Part shown: piece by piece, positions 11,189-24,304 of the stretch | How positions within the stretch are numbered: position 1 is the first letter of the stretch | Layout: every line of letters begins with the position of its first letter | The notes under the pieces: model-generated | Database searches by the model: none | What the model was told of the DNA's origin: nothing | The model's input: the letters and a program-made list of their open reading frames with translations, nothing else | Translations under genes and position numbers: made by a program | Assembly (NCBI GenBank): GCA_946965045.2 | Contig: OX337229.1 | Span: forward strand, 4,340,001-4,404,000 | Direction of reading: 5' to 3' | Origin: Epithemia pelagica | Taxonomy: Eukaryota; Protista; Bacillariophyta | Length of the DNA: 64,000 nucleotides

Positions 11189-11600
11189 TTATGGTACTAG
11201 ATACCAAGCACCCCAACCGTACTGAAGATGTTTCAAAACAAAGCAATTCGAGAAGTCCATGTGAGTGAATAGACAAGGTGGACAAGCACGACTACCATTT
11301 CCCTTAACGTACCTCCTTTTTTCCAAATCCGTAGGTTTCCCAAACGGCTTCCGAGGAACGTGGCTTGCACGTTGCTAGCAGAATGGAGCTCTTGTTCGTC
11401 TTGATGTTAGTAGAAGTAGCGCTGGTGTTGGCATTGGCTGTCTGCGCCAGCAATGGACGTGGAGTGCCTGGTCGTAGGTTCTTGTTGGCACTGTTGGTGG
11501 TGGCCTTGTTGTTGTTGTTGTCGGCAGTTTGGTTCATCATTGTGTTGTTGTTGTTGTTGCTTGCGGTTCCAAAGTTTGGAGTTGTTGTGAGATCCAGCAT
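11189..11600 (-). CDS. Hypothetical small Asn/Thr-rich protein, two exons (11600-11313, 11221-11189)
   Basis: GAG|GTACGT donor, 91-bp intron and CTTCAG acceptor join ...WETYGFGKKE to YGWGAWYLVP* in phase 0. No homology recognised. Confidence 0.4.
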
Positions 11601-12635
11601 GATAGACGGTGAGTGGGGTCGTGCGGGTTTGTGCGTTGACTTGGTGGTTGTGGCGATCACGTTTCAATCAATCAATCAATCAGTGAGAAGGAGGAAGAAG
11701 AAAGGGCTTGTGGTTGTCAGTCGATACGGTTCGTTCGTTCGTTCGTTCGTTCGCTTTGTGGATTTATTCGACGATACGATTGCTCGTTGTGCGTGAGAGC
11801 TCTTTTTGTTTTTGTGAGAGCCTCCAATGTTTGAAACCAACCACCGGTCATTCATGGAAAGTGCACGATTGATTGCCCGTGTTCCTTTTCAACGCTTGTA
11901 ACCGACAAAAAAGTATCGTGGTTCGGATTAGCGCCATGTTCCTCTGGTTGATTGTTGTCATTCGACGCTCCTCTTTGTTGATTGTGTTTGTGGGAATGAG
12001 TAACACAACCCACACGTCTGGCGGGGGAACAAAAAATATCTGTATCGTGTGTGTAGTTGCACTGCGCCGCAAGCTTGTCATCAATCAGTCAAGCCCCTTT
12101 GGATTCTTCACACAGCCGCTTGTACTGGACAAACAGCCATGATACATGGTAGAATCAAGGACAGGATACAAATGCAACATTCTTCATTGCAAGGTTGACT
12201 CGATGGTGTCACCATCATCTCGCTCGGTGCACAAAAACATGACGAATGACCCAGTCCCAGAAAATTTATGCAGCGGTGTCACCAACCGTGTCAATGAAAA
12301 ACGAAAAACACGAACCGAACCGAAGCCACAGGAAGGCGAACACAGTCAAACCCGAACCCACAACGGTTCTTATTTCGTATGATTTTTGTTATGCCCCATG
12401 AACCACTTTCAGATAATGCGACTAAGACGGTCGCACGCGACTGAAAGTTCCCTCGTTGCCAATGGCACAGCTGCTCTCCTGAGGAGCCATCTGGATGCTT
12501 CCTTGTCTATTGAAAAGGGAAAGGATTAGAATTAGAAGGGTTCTGTGTTGAAGGAATGAGCAGGGAAAAGACAAGCTTCAAGCTTCCTGTGCTATTTTGA
12601 CGACCGCGCAGCAACAAAGACTCCCAACAGTAACC

Positions 12636-13805
12636 ATGCCCGAAGCAGCCATGATCAATGCAAGTGATGCCCAGTCTCCACCTGATACGAATGCACCCAT
12701 GTTTCCTCCAACAGAGCTCTTGTACATGGCCTCGGTGGAGAGCAGCTCATGGCTAGAGTGTATGGCCCATTTATTGCAACTGACCGATTTGGACCGTGAT
12801 TCTCAGGCACTGGAAACGAATGAAGCAAACAATGACAATGGAAGACAACGACGAAATGTCGCTGCTATTTTGGATCGAACCGTTTTGCATTGTCAAGGAG
12901 GAGGACAACCTTCGGATGAGGGAACCTTGACCATTGTCGAGGAAGAAGGCAAGGACCAAGACAATATTAGCAGACCCCTTATCATCCATGTCGAAAAAGT
13001 CACCTTGGATCGTGATTCGGGCGTCGTCACTCATACTGGTTTTGTCGAATGGGATGTGGACCAGGCACCACCGCCCCTCTTGGAACAACTTCTGACAACC
13101 CAAAATGTTTCCAGCAACAATCCTATTCCAGTTCAAGTACAGGTGGATGCGTCGACGCGCGCCATTCTTTCCGAATGTCATTCGGCCGGTCATGCCTTGG
13201 ATCGAGCCGTTACAATGTGTGGTTTGCCCTGGAAACCCCTCAAGGGATACCACTTTTTGCAGGGACCCTATGTGGAATACCAAATGCTGCAAGATGACAC
13301 TCCTCCTACTACTACTACTGCCAACAGCAACAACAACACCAACAAGAAAAAGGGCAAGAACAATCAAAACGCATCGTCCTCGGCGACAGATGAGCTATTG
13401 CGACAATTGCAAACAGCCTTTGATTCCCTCCTTCAACAAGATTGGCCGACAGAAATAACCTGGATGACACCGGAACAAGCCAACCTGCTAGACGAGGCTT
13501 CCGCCGTGCCTTCTTCTTCTCCTACGACTACAGGTAACCCTGCTGCGCCTTTGGAACATGATGAAACGAATGAGACAACGACCAACGACGACACAACGAC
13601 GGATCGAGTCCGGGTTGTCACAGTGGCTGGTCAATCGTGTCCCTGCGGAGGAACGCATGTGAGTCACATTCGACAATTGCAAGGACCGGATCGAACCTGG
13701 TCCATTCACAGTCTCAAACGCAAAAAGCAAGTCATGCGAGTCAAGTATGGATACGACACTGCAACAAACAGCACCACCACCACCACAACCACCCAAACGT
13801 CGTGA
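12636..13805 (+). CDS. Free-standing alanyl-tRNA editing protein (AlaX / tRNA_SAD domain)
   Basis: LDRTVLHCQGGGQPSDEG, HSAGH (HxxxH) and CPCGGTHV (CxxxH) zinc ligands. Confidence 0.88.
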   Translation: MPEAAMINASDAQSPPDTNAPMFPPTELLYMASVESSSWLECMAHLLQLTDLDRDSQALETNEANNDNGRQRRNVAAILDRTVLHCQGGGQPSDEGTLTIVEEEGKDQDNISRPLIIHVEKVTLDRDSGVVTHTGFVEWDVDQAPPPLLEQLLTTQNVSSNNPIPVQVQVDASTRAILSECHSAGHALDRAVTMCGLPWKPLKGYHFLQGPYVEYQMLQDDTPPTTTTANSNNNTNKKKGKNNQNASSSATDELLRQLQTAFDSLLQQDWPTEITWMTPEQANLLDEASAVPSSSPTTTGNPAAPLEHDETNETTTNDDTTTDRVRVVTVAGQSCPCGGTHVSHIRQLQGPDRTWSIHSLKRKKQVMRVKYGYDTATNSTTTTTTTQTS

Positions 13806-14321
13806 AGAAGCACAGACGATTGAAGGAACTGCCGCTCTCTAAGCCCATTATGAACTGTAAACGAGAGACAGCAGAGCGGCGCAACGTTGAACTCATTTCC
13901 AAAACTGATGATTCGGTCTGTGCCTTGAATATATACTCACTCTAGCTCCTGTTCACCAATGTGCTAGAGCCATACCGTGTGGTGGTGGTGGTCAGCACTT
14001 GAGATAGATATGAGTTCACGTGGAATTCCTACAAACAAAATCGTCATGGTAGGTAAATGAAGTGATCATTGTTTCCAAGCAACGGTGTCTTTTTACAACT
14101 TCTGGACTTTTTGCTAGGAGTTTACCGTAGAAAGCTATCCTCTCCATTAGGAGCTACTCTTAAGCGACTGAATCGTGTCAATGTGACGTGGTTAATCGTG
14201 TCATCATGACGCGTACGTATTACGTTTGGATCTTTTTGTTCCCCAAGTCGATCGACTCCACCTGGTTCCATTCCATTCGAGACCAAGATTCTTGTTGTAA
14301 TCACCATCCTATCATAATACC

Positions 14322-15141
14322 ATGCGTTCTTCGGTTCCATTGTTGTTGACCACTGGTTGGAAAGTCCTTGCATTCAGTGGATTCGCACCCTTGTTGTCGA
14401 CCCAAGCTGCCAGTTTTGTTGCTCACTCCGGTGTTCGAACCACTTCATTGTCATTTGCATCTCCTTCCTCTCGCACGTCGTCGACCACCGCCATGAAGTC
14501 TACCACAGAAGCGGCCGAAGTCAAGGTTGGTGATACTCTTCCAATGTCATTGACCTTGAAGGAAATGCCTGCTGGTAGCGACAAACCCGTCGATGTGGTC
14601 TTGTCCGATTTGCTTCAAGGCAAAAAGGTGGCCATCTTTGGAGTCCCCGGTGCCTTTACGCCTGGCTGCTCCAAATCTCATTTGCCCTCTTTCATCACAG
14701 CGCAAGAGGAACTCAAGGCCAAGGGAGTGGAAGAAACCTTTTGCTTGGCTACAAACGATGCCTTTGTCATGGAGGTAAGTTGTGCGAGAAGCTTCATTGT
14801 ACAATCGTTTTGTTCAATGTATATCGAAATTACGAGAATTTGCCGCCTTCTAATGGTTCTGATTGCTCTTTCGTGACGGCTATTGTTGGGCATCGAATTT
14901 TGGTGTCCATGAAAACTAGGCCTGGGGACGTACTTCAGGTGGTTCCGATTCTGGTATTCGCTTCATTTCTGATGCCGATGGGGAGTTGACACAGGCCTTG
15001 GGTTTGACCATGGATACTCCTGTCATGAAGCGAACGAAGCGATTCTCCCTGATTGCCGATAATGGTGTCGTGACGCATTACTTTAGCTCGGCCGAACAAG
15101 CCTCGGATACATGGGCACCCAATGTCTTGGCGGCTCTCTAA
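14322..15141 (+). CDS. Type II peroxiredoxin (Prx5/redoxin), probably plastid-targeted; exons 14322-14774 and 14920-15141
   Basis: PGAFTPGCSKSHLP active site. The GTAAGT...CTAG intron restores VMEAWG...RFISDADG...KRFSLIADNGVV. N-terminal signal ends QAAS-F. Confidence 0.92.
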
Positions 15142-15495
15142 GATGGACCCGGTGTTCTTTACCAACAGTGTGAATGAAAGAGGACAAGAACACTTGGCGC
15201 ATTCGAAATTCGGACAGAGCCGTTGTGGTTCATTCGCGTAGATTCAAACTTATTACAACTTTGGAAACCACGTTTTGAAACAGCTTGAACACAAATTAGG
15301 GTTGTAGCCATTGGGAAACTGACGATGCGTTAGGATCCTCTGAGTCTTTGTATTTGGTTCAGCAATGGGCGTGTACTTGCACACAACAGATCTGTGCGGC
15401 GTCGCCTCATACTGCTTGCGGTGTGATCAGTTCCCGTTTCATCCTGGGTACTTCTCTGCTGGTTGTGATAGTTTCCTTTCCTACAGTTGTTGGTT

Positions 15496-17370
15496 TCATA
15501 TTAATACATAGACATCCCATCGATTGGTCGATCCTTTGACGGCATACGATGGTTTCATCAAGGACAAAGAGGACGAGGGTTGTCCGTCCGTTTCTGCTTC
15601 TTCTCCCAAAGGTGGTGCATGCAAGGGACGTTTCACAACGACCTTGGATCGTGCGATTTGAATGGCAGCATTCAGGAGTGATTGCTCTTCCTCGAGACGT
15701 GCGTCCTGTTGTTGCTCCGGCCGTGTCTTTTCAGGACTTGTGGTGTTGCTGATGTTGAGGTCGTTCTTGCTATTGTCTTGTGGTTGGTGCAATAAGCGAT
15801 GTAAAATTTGCATGGGTTTCTTGACTGCGGCCGATTTGGTTCGTGGAGGGAACATGGGATCCAAATAGACAATGTCACAACGCGGTTCATGTTGGACAGA
15901 CCCGTCATCTTCGTTGTTTCCAAATGCGTTGATGGGAGGCAATGAGGATGAAGAAAGGCCGATCGTCCTGCCTTGTTGTTGCAGACGGACATCGCCCAAG
16001 GGAGCCAATTGCAAACAGCGCGACAAATGAACAAGAATCTGGTCGTCGTGGCATGTCATTTGTGGATTTGAATTCCAAGTGTCGTACGCGCCTTCTTGTT
16101 GTTGTTGATTGTTGGTGTGAGGAGAAGTTAATTTCTCAGCTCGATTCTTTAACCGTCGAAGGGCATCGTGCAACATGGCATGGACCAATGCATGTCGTTC
16201 AAAGAGAAGTACTTGCACATGCCTGTTCGGATGATGGTTGCTTTGTGCCACTGTTGCTGCAGTGTGGTAGGCCAAGAGCCATGCATCGGATCCAAACCCC
16301 GCTGTCCAATCTTGGATCTGCACCACTGGATTCTTGTCCCTTTTCAACTTGTTTGATACGTCATTGTCGTTGGCATGAGTTTGTGGACGCTGCTGCTTCT
16401 TTTGGTGTTTTCCTCGTAGGACCGCTTGAATCAATAAATCGTCCGACTTGGTGGACGATGAGGATCGTTGGGCCAATGCCGCCACCTTGCTTGTTGTTGT
16501 AGAGGTGGCCTTGTTGTTGTTGTTGTTCTTGTTGTTGTTTCTCTTGTGGGTTGTGGGTGGACAAAAATCAATAAAAAAGGGTTTCCCCAGCGACGACGAC
16601 GAGGCACTGCGTCGTCGTCGTGGTCGTTGCTGTCGTTGGTTCTCGTCGCCGTTTTGCTCTCGTGTTTGAGAAGAATAAAGAGGACGAGGAAGCATTTGAA
16701 TCGACAGGGCATAGTCTTGTTGCAATGAGCTGGGTCTGCCAACTGAACCAAGGTCATTCTTCCTACTACTACTGCTGTCGTCATTATTTTCCTTGTCGAT
16801 TGGACGTGTTTGTGGTTTGTTGTCCTCCTCTTCCTTCTCCATAATTTGAAAGGACAGTGCAAATTCCCAGTCAGGATCATCTTGTTGTTGTTGTGGTTGT
16901 TGACGTACGCTGCGACACAAGTAATCGTTATGTTGCGCAACGGTTTGGATGGAAATGTTTAATTGTTGTGCCAAGGCACGAGCTTCGTTGGGAAACTCGT
17001 TGGATTCCACCATGTACACATGATTGCACCACGAATTCTTGTTGTGCTTATCATCACCGTTGCAATTCACCATCTTCTTCTTGTCGGACTGTATCGTCAT
17101 GTCGTTGTTGTCGTCCGTGTGATCGCAACCCAGGAACAAACTCGACACACTGGAGGTAGAGAGTGATTTGGGAGGGGATGGTCGTTGCGGCTTGTGGTTC
17201 TGGAGCAGGGTTGACACAGGGCTTGAGTGTCTACAATCCCATGGTGCAGTTCGAAACTCATGATGCGGTGGAAGGAGTACAAATCCGTCGGCGGTTGGGA
17301 TTCGTGTTGTGGTGGATCCAAGGAGTTGAAACACCACGAAAATCTGCAGGAACCACTCAAGGAGTATCAT
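15496..17370 (-). CDS. rsmJ: RsmJ-like (16S rRNA m2G1516) SAM-dependent methyltransferase with long low-complexity insertions; alternative start at 17643
   Basis: DWTAGFGSDA (motif I), LFERHALV, DIVYLDPMFP, VVVKRPLHAPPL, NRWDVY. Hydrophobic N-terminus ends ADG-F. Confidence 0.78.
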   Translation of the reverse strand: MILLEWFLQIFVVFQLLGSTTTRIPTADGFVLLPPHHEFRTAPWDCRHSSPVSTLLQNHKPQRPSPPKSLSTSSVSSLFLGCDHTDDNNDMTIQSDKKKMVNCNGDDKHNKNSWCNHVYMVESNEFPNEARALAQQLNISIQTVAQHNDYLCRSVRQQPQQQQDDPDWEFALSFQIMEKEEEDNKPQTRPIDKENNDDSSSSRKNDLGSVGRPSSLQQDYALSIQMLPRPLYSSQTREQNGDENQRQQRPRRRRSASSSSLGKPFFIDFCPPTTHKRNNNKNNNNNKATSTTTSKVAALAQRSSSSTKSDDLLIQAVLRGKHQKKQQRPQTHANDNDVSNKLKRDKNPVVQIQDWTAGFGSDAWLLAYHTAATVAQSNHHPNRHVQVLLFERHALVHAMLHDALRRLKNRAEKLTSPHTNNQQQQEGAYDTWNSNPQMTCHDDQILVHLSRCLQLAPLGDVRLQQQGRTIGLSSSSLPPINAFGNNEDDGSVQHEPRCDIVYLDPMFPPRTKSAAVKKPMQILHRLLHQPQDNSKNDLNISNTTSPEKTRPEQQQDARLEEEQSLLNAAIQIARSKVVVKRPLHAPPLGEEAETDGQPSSSLSLMKPSYAVKGSTNRWDVYVLI

Positions 17371-18030
17371 CCTCCTCAAGACAACTCTCCGTAATAGGCA
17401 CGGCAGTGTGCCTGGAAAATTCCATGGTTGTCGCTGTCCTTGTCGTCGTGGATACTGCTGTTGCCGTTGCCGTCGTGACCGTTGGGTTTGTCTCTGTGGT
17501 CGTGGAAGAAGGACCCACAACATCCGACCCTGCGTCGTTGGTGTAACAACTTTATTTGTATTGTGCGTTTCTTGTGGTTGTCGTGGTCGTTGATGATCAT
17601 TTGATTTGTTGTGGATACCAAGCTTTAAAATAGCATCGGCCATGGTCCATGGTCTCCTCTTCCATCTTCCATGATCGGTTCTCAGAATGTGTGGTTGGTG
17701 GTGACTGTTCTGACTGCAGGCGCAGGGCGCAGGCGCAGGGAGGATGGAGGTGCGCCGGGGGAAAGGGCTATAATACAATTATCGGCTGCCTGCTGCCTAT
17801 CCGGAAGCAAACTGGGGGAAGTCCCAAGACCGACAGCCGACACCCGACCCGATCCGGAAGCATTTTGGTCTTTGTCGTTCGTTGGTGTTCTATTCTCACG
17901 CCGGGTGGTCTTTCCGGAATCCCCCTACCAACAAAAAATGAGACGCTCGTGAAGATTTCCTCATGAGTAAGTTATCACTAGTCACTGATCACTGACTGTA
18001 CCTGCTGGCCCCATCCGTCTCATTCTCATA

Positions 18031-18086
18031 TCCAAAAATCCAAAAATCCAAAAATCCAAAAATCCAAAAATCCAAAAATCCAAAAA
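18031..18086 (+). repeat. (TCCAAAAA)7 perfect tandem repeat
   Basis: Seven exact 8-mers, read directly. Confidence 0.95.
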
Positions 18087-18326
18087 TCAACATTCCTGTC
18101 AATCGCTCAGTTAGACGAAAAGGATCAAAAAGATTTCGGATCTCAGTTCTCCATATAAGATTTATTATGGTTATCATTCCCTGTAAATCTCATTGATCAA
18201 TCATTGTCTTCTTGCAAACGAAAATCTCTGGGTTCAACGCAAAAAAACAAGGCGCACGGTTACTCGACATATCAGAATTTCTACATCACAAAGCAACTAC
18301 CGTGAGGACGAGACGACGACGACGAC

Positions 18327-21300
18327 ATGATGATGATGGACGATACTTGGGAGGAAGCAACTGCGACAACCACAGTCGAGTCACAGCCGCACAAGAGGAC
18401 CAATCTAGAAGAACAGAACAAGAAGCTAGATGATCCTGAAATGAATGCTGACAGTCTTGAGGGCGACGTTCGAATGGAGTCACAAGATTGCGTTCACACT
18501 GAGGAACATGGATTCCAAGGCAAACAAGAACACGAAAGCGAAACGCAAACGGACCCACGGCAAAATGATGAAGCAAACAACAACAACGACGACGACCACC
18601 ACCAACAACAACAACCATTGCCCAAAGTAGAAGCAGTCGCATGGGAAAAGAGCAATGATACCAGCAGTATGATGCTGGTGCAAGACGCACAAGCGTTAAC
18701 TACATGGAAGGACGAATTGGATCGACGACAACGCATGCAGACTCATGACCGTGAATGGAAGGAGTGGGAAGAACAAGAACAGCAACAGCAATATACAATC
18801 CTCACCCGAATTGGAAAGCCCTGCTGCCCATTCTCGTCAACCAACCACCACGAAATTGCAAAACCAGTACAAAAGGACAAGCCCTGACATGCCTCAGCTT
18901 GCCGACAACGACAAGGATGGCAGTTTGTTGTTGTTGTGGTTGCCCGAAGATACCTTTAGTTTGTTGGTGATTGGTCGACATCCACTAACGATTGGTATTT
19001 CTGTGGCCGTCATGACGGTGCAACTGTTAATTGTCACCATGTTGTTGGCCGATTTGATTCACATTCAGGACAGCCATACGGCGGAGGAATATACACCGCA
19101 CAATCCGTTGAAGATTCCTGCAGCTGTGACAGTCCCCGTCGCCATTGCCCAATTCATTGCCTTGCTCGTCACCTTGGTGAGTGTTGACAATGTGACATGG
19201 GCGCTCCTTGTCCATTGGAACAATGGACGTATTCAGGATCCGGCTCGAGTCGGTTACCATCAATGGTTAACCCTCAGGCATCGACACCATCCACAGGATC
19301 ACTCTCAAGACGACCATGATGATAATGATTATGATACAGTATCTGACTCGTCCATGGAACAAGTTCCGTTGTTCCTAGATCACAAGGACACTTCACGTCA
19401 CGATCACCATTCTCCGTTTCCTGGTGAGAAACATGAGGAAGAAAAGGAGGAAGAACGAGAACCGCACAAACCAGAAACAGATGAAGAATTGGCACTCTTG
19501 TCATCCTCACACATCAAGGACGAGGAATCTTTGGTGAATTCAGCACCATCACCGGTGGTTCTCACAAAAGAACCAAGCCCATTGGTTTCATCTCCATCAC
19601 CGTCGTCGTCGTCGTCATTTTCCTTTGCGTGGTGGTTCCCATTTGTTTGGTACGGTTCCAATGGGCTACGATGTTTGGAAGGCTGTGCCTCCTTTGTTGC
19701 CACCTTTTTGTTGATTGTCACCTCAGAAACAGTTGTGGACGTCTTGTTGACCTTTTCGGCCATTCATTTTGTCTCGTACTTGGACAATGTCGTCTTTTGG
19801 TTGGCCCGCGTCGGCTACTTTGGACGTACCGTCCAAACCGAAGCCCTTCACCCCCTGTGTTGCAATGCCAATTTTACGGCCATTCCAGCATTGATGCGAC
19901 CCAAACTACGCCGAAACTTTCAACGACAAGGAGGAGGAGGAGGAGGAGGAGGAGGAGGAGGAGGAGGAGGAGGAGGAGGAGAAGAAGAAGAAGATTTCAC
20001 CAAGACCAACGATTCGGGCGATACGCAATCTTCTGTGAACAAGAAAAGAAAACAAAGACTGGTACCACCGGCACGACGCTCCCCATTTTTCTGCGAGGCA
20101 TTGTGTTACGAATTGCCTTGGCGGTGACTGCCGTCCTTGCCTGGTCGGCAGTGATTGCCAAACAGAACCATGGCGATTATTTGGTGACCCATATCTATGT
20201 CCAGTTGGGTGATACCACCAACTTGACCTTGGGTACTTACAGTGGTGTCTATGTCCGCTCTCAACGTCGACACCCGGATACCAAACGATTTTCCTATCAC
20301 AGTCGCAATGTGCAGGGACGAAGCAGAGGCGAATTGTTGTACTGTGACGCACTTCAAGCTTGGGTCTTTCGAGATGCTAGCGACAAGCAGCACAACCATC
20401 GTGACTGTGGATGGTGGTTGAAGAGCACTGAAACGACATCGTTTGATGTACTGTCCACTTCCTCCTCACAATGGTTCTTGGACGAATCCTTCAACGTTCA
20501 GACACCGGTAGATTGGATGTACCTGACCGCCTAAAGTCCCAGACACAAACCACACGAAACGTATTGTGATTCGTCGCCTTCATCGAGCCGGTATGGCTTG
20601 AATTGCGAGTATACGGATCCATGTTCAGTGTTGACGGTGAATCAAAATACCTATCCCTTTGGACAGGGAGTCCGACGGTTTCCCTCAGAATTTCGACTTG
20701 TCTCCGACTTGGAAATTTATCATCGCCCCGTGTATTATGGACAAGTTCAAGCAGGACAGTCCGTCATGGATGTCATTTTCTTTACCGGACGACGATGGGT
20801 CATGATATCGACACGAGGATGGCCAACCGTAAAAAGCGCCGAAAACGACAGTCCGGCACAACGACTGGCCGCCATTGGACTGACCAGTGACTTTCAAGTT
20901 CCCTTGCTTCCCTGGAATCAAACAATGAATGTCCAATACATCAGCGAACCTGTCGATGTCACAGTACACAACGATGACCGGTACCATGTGACACCCACAC
21001 AATTGCAATGGTTTCCGGCCACACGCAGCAGTCTTGTGTCATCATTTCAAGTGGATGGCAGTAGGGCTGAAAGTGGAACGCGGTTAGTTTGTGCTACATG
21101 CTCGGTTCCCTCGGAGAGCGAAAATGAGAGCGGGGGACAAGTACGAGAAGGTGAATGCCTGTTTCATGGCATTTGTCAAGTGACATCCAATACCTGTCTA
21201 TGCGAATATGGCAGTCGAGGAGAACTATGTGAGGTTCCACCCACTGGGAACGGCTTGTGCGATTTTAACTTTAATCACGGGGCCTATGACTTTGACGGCG

Positions 21301-23392
21301 GGTAAGTGTGGAATAGAGTCATGGTATCGTCATTGGGTTATGGTTGTTTGTTCTATTTCTGACCATACATACGTTTCATTCTGACCAGGGACTGTTGTAT
21401 GTCGACATGCAATGCGGACGCAGAGTTTTTGTGCGGCACGAGCCGAAGTGGTGGATTGGACATGAAAAATGTTGCTTGTCAAGTCGAAACAGAATTGGCC
21501 GAGTGGAATCTCGGTGTCCCACAACCTGAGCTTCCTCCACCATCCTTCACAGGAGCCTCGTTTGGGCTGTCTTTGGCATCCACTTGGCGAGGTTCGTTGG
21601 TGGCAACTACAGGAAGGGATCAAGACGAGCAGTACTACATCGTCTTGCATCGTAGTGCAGGTTCACATTGGGTGACGAAAACCAAATCCGTAATGAGATC
21701 CAGTTATACAGGCGAACCTGGCTCAACATATGGCACAGTCATGTTTGGTTGGGAAGTTCAAATGGCCGATATCATGCCCAATGCTGTGGCCAACAAGAAC
21801 AATCGAATGCCTGTCCATGTCGTGGCGAGTGGAATGAGGCACGGTACTTCGGATTTTACCAGCCTTGGTTTGTACCTGGATGCATTTTACTGCAGTCTTC
21901 GATTTGACTGTATCCGTCCACGATTTTTGTTCGACCCGAATTTTTACAATGGAATACCCTTCTTTCCCGACCTTGTAGATGACTTTTTACCACCTCCTCC
22001 CATTGAAAATGCAACCATGTTGTATGAACCAAACGAAGATCTCTATTCTACTTTTTTCTTTCCGCTCCCCTTTTCCTTGTCGCGCGATGGGCGGTACTTG
22101 GCACTGGCACATTTGAATTCTTTCACCATTCAAGAATGGCAATTCCCCGATGATTTCACAGAAATCGACGGAACGTGGGCTCCCTCGTTTGGAACCAAAC
22201 TACTGGGGTTGGATTCCGACGACTTGGCCGCCTCCATTCTCTATATGGCCACTTCGGATGACATTGGAGACGACAATCAAGAAATTCTCCTTGCATTGGG
22301 ATTGCTTCGGTCCAATCACGATACGATTGAAGGAATTCCGCTGGCCACCCCGTAGCGAGCCCCAGCCAATATTGTCGAGGGACCGTTGCATGTGGTAGTC
22401 TATCGATGGACCAAAGGAATGGAACCGACCACAATGGGAACGCCCATCAAAAGTCATGCACATTTGGTTCCCTTGTTCCCTGGATCAAATTCAATGCTTC
22501 CGAAAGATTGTGTCCAAATCTCGACAAATGGAAAAGTGTTGTCCATTTTATCCTTTTTCCAGCCTGATGGTGGTATCTTCCCAATTCCAACACAGAAACG
22601 ATGGTAATGATCAAAGTATACGAATGGGCTGACGAAAATGGCGATTGGAAGCTACGACAAGCGTTCCCATTGCCTGCATCAAATTATTTGTTTACAGTGT
22701 CACACTCCCTTTCGTGGGACGGCTCGACCATTGCCATTGCCGAGTCAGTCACGGCCGAGAGAATGACGATTTACAGATGGAATACGGACGAATCGCAATA
22801 TATTCAACATTTTATAGAAGAGAAGCCTGTTCAGCAATCGTCTCTTTTGGACCAAGCTCTCCGAACAGTGTCCTTGTCGGGGGATAGTTCGACTCTGTTT
22901 GTGGCCTCGCCCTTTGGTGATAGTGCCGTTGGCAATGTGTTGACGTACAGAGATGACTATGCTACAGCATGTCGAGGCAACCAGACCCATCCGCAATTGC
23001 TGCACATTGCCCTTCAACCACGAAATTTGGGGAGGATTCAATGGACAGTGATGAAACGTTCCACCAATACCACCATTCGACGGAATGGACCACAAGCTTA
23101 TGGGGACGACAACCGAAAAGCTTTTGAATACTTGGCTTTTGAGGCGATAAATGCCTATCGAAGTTTTACTTATCAAGAGTGTCTGGCTGTCATGGAGTGC
23201 TCGACCATGGGTTTGACGGTCAACACCTTTCCCGGAGAAGCACCCCTGTGGCAATTGGAAGATCAGTACTTGGCCATTTTTAATGGCAAGAATCTCACAA
23301 GTGGTGTATTCAACGAGAACGTGATTTCTGTCCAAGATGCCGATTGTGAGTTGGTTGTAGAATTGCAAGTGCTAAACACCAACGACACATAA
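18327..23392 (+). pseudogene. Paralog 1 of multi-TM/EGF/LNR/beta-propeller-like membrane protein family; disrupted
   Basis: Collinear with paralogs 2 and 4, with intron 21302-21388. Frameshifts near 18790, 20040-20090 and 22580; in-frame stops TAA 20532 and TAG 22353. Confidence 0.8.
19930..19992 (+). repeat. (GGA)17(GAA)4 microsatellite inside paralog 1 (poly-Gly/Glu)
   Basis: Read directly; absent from the other paralogs. Confidence 0.92.
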
Positions 23393-24304
23393 ACACGTAA
23401 AGTCATTTCGGAGTGACTTCTCGTTGTCAGAAAGAAGTCATTCCATTCCGGGAGAGGCCATTGTCACTGTTCTTCTTGTAAGGGCTGAACAAGTCACTTT
23501 GCTAGTTTCATGTCGCATGAAATAATGGTTTCCAAGCGGGCACCTTAATTGATGATACTGAATAACACTGTATGTTTGTGTAACTACGAGGAGACCAACA
23601 TTGTGGCAATGATCGTCGCTTTGAAAATTATTTGGAATCCTCCCCCGGCGACACTGCGCCAGCGCACACGACGGCGGGCACGCGCCAGAACTACAATATA
23701 CACCATTATAGCAATCTATTATGACTCAAGACGACAACTTAGCTTAAGTAATTCCTCTTCTTATTCGCGGACTCCTAAGCAGATAGTTTACTTAGAAGTA
23801 TGGCGGGAGTGAATCCAGCTAACAAACTGTCCAGTAGACGCGATGTTCAATTGCCCCTACGACAGGGCTGGCGACCATGGGCTGTTCTCCTTTATTTATT
23901 TTGAAATGCAGATTCACGGATGCCGTTCGCGGACGGGGAACGACGAACGACCGTCTCATTTTTTCGATGATTGGGTTAGAGGTTCGAGCGGCATTTGCAT
24001 TTGTGTAGTGATTAGGAGTAGATTTGTGATTAACGTTGTCTTCGATCATCCTATATTGCTTCTACATATGTTCTCTTGACGACTAGATCTTGTTATTTGT
24101 TATACTTAAAAGCTTCCTTCGCTCAGACAAGGAAAACAAATGAGCAGTTGAAACTGAAATCTTCGAATCTGTTGACACAAAGACCGCAAAAGATCTTTGC
24201 GAGGACGGCGAACGACGACGGCTCTGGGTGAGACACGTTGGTGTGAAACGACGCAAGACAACTAACTAGGAACTTCATAATAATCTCAAGACGTCCTGAT
24301 CAAC

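Noticed and set aside
19629-20040. Poly-arginine protein
   Set aside because: This is the (GGA)n microsatellite read in the wrong frame.
23800-24130. Possible solo LTR after a GGCGGGAG-TG string
   Set aside because: No second copy, TSD or coding remnant is visible in the window.
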